Positions 31,838-32,000 of a stretch of 32,000 nucleotides of DNA are shown here, in pieces. The position numbers and the translations under genes are program-made. Source of the DNA: Candidatus Poseidoniaceae archaeon (GTDB lineage: Archaea > Thermoplasmatota > Poseidoniia > Poseidoniales > Poseidoniaceae); NCBI GenBank assembly GCA_943789275.1, contig CALSTM010000003.1:630001-662000 (forward strand), in the 5' to 3' direction. Within the stretch, counting starts at the first letter, position 1. The number at the start of each line of letters is the position of its first letter. The notes below the pieces were generated by a model that made no database searches, was not told the DNA's origin, and worked only from the letters and a program-made list of their open reading frames with translations.

Positions 31838-32000
31838 ACATGGCGCTCTGGGTCCCCATTTATCAACGCTTCAGCAATGGTTTGATTCAATAAGGGCGAC
31901 TTCGTGCCTTTCATGAAGCGCATGACCGTATCACTGCCAATGTGTTCCGTGGATTTCATGGACACATCACTTTCGCCTGAAGAACAAGCGATTGCCGACC

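Noticed and set aside
31684-31965. 93-aa minus-strand ORF (GTG start) overlapping the 5' end of bud32
   Set aside because: It overlaps the motif-supported bud32 by 154 nt, and its downstream half is Trp/Cys-rich and not protein-like. At most its upstream part belongs to a gene entering from beyond the window.
1-32000. Looked for CRISPR repeats, tRNA/rRNA genes, transposases/integrases, terminal inverted repeats, prophage or defence-system hallmarks (nucleases, reverse transcriptase, Argonaute, toxin-antitoxin pairs)
   Set aside because: None recognised. The only repeats are short palindromes and codon-level repeats (poly-Ala at about 27361-27385, PLP repeats at about 28580-28690) inside coding regions. 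tRNAscan-SE/Infernal and PADLOC/DefenseFinder would be the formal checks.

Overview
The window is gene-dense (about 36 protein-coding genes) with no rRNA, tRNA, CRISPR array, transposase or integrase that I can see. The gene content points to an archaeon: standalone Bud32/KEOPS kinase, UPF0200-type P-loop kinase, 2-phosphoglycerate-kinase-like protein, FlaI/PilB-type secretion ATPase, HTH_10 regulator, and pilin candidates that resemble haloarchaeal ones. A planktonic euryarchaeon such as Marine Group II/III is my guess only. Operon-internal genes carry clear Shine-Dalgarno motifs (GGAGGTG-like) and often show 1-4 nt stop/start overlaps. Order of content: (1) minus-strand operon of FAD oxidoreductase, crotonase, thiopurine methyltransferase and a DUF3592-like protein. 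(2) moaE-moaC. (3) an N-acyltransferase/aminotransferase fusion gene. (4) an Asp-box (BNR) lipoprotein, bioY and glpX. (5) an HTH_10 regulator followed by a four-gene plus-strand operon: BoxB-like diiron oxygenase, acidic unknown protein, EamA transporter, 3-hydroxyacyl-CoA dehydrogenase. This converges on an aldehyde dehydrogenase, crotonase and Kv-channel operon. (6) a 2PGK-like kinase. (7) a long minus-strand array: ABC ATPase, 566-aa permease, UPF0200 kinase, then a five-gene type IV filament operon (ATPase, two separate platform proteins, two pilin-like proteins). (8) a third crotonase, a very basic orphan protein, a CPBP protease, a membrane-anchored acidic/proline-rich orphan, ITPase, crcB, a ferritin-like protein and bud32. 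The two most interesting loci are the split-platform type IV filament operon, whose platform protein carries a Cys-containing extracytoplasmic domain, and the BoxB-like epoxidase operon, which has a perfect 22-bp palindrome at its promoter. All functional calls come from motif recognition by eye. No database search was run.
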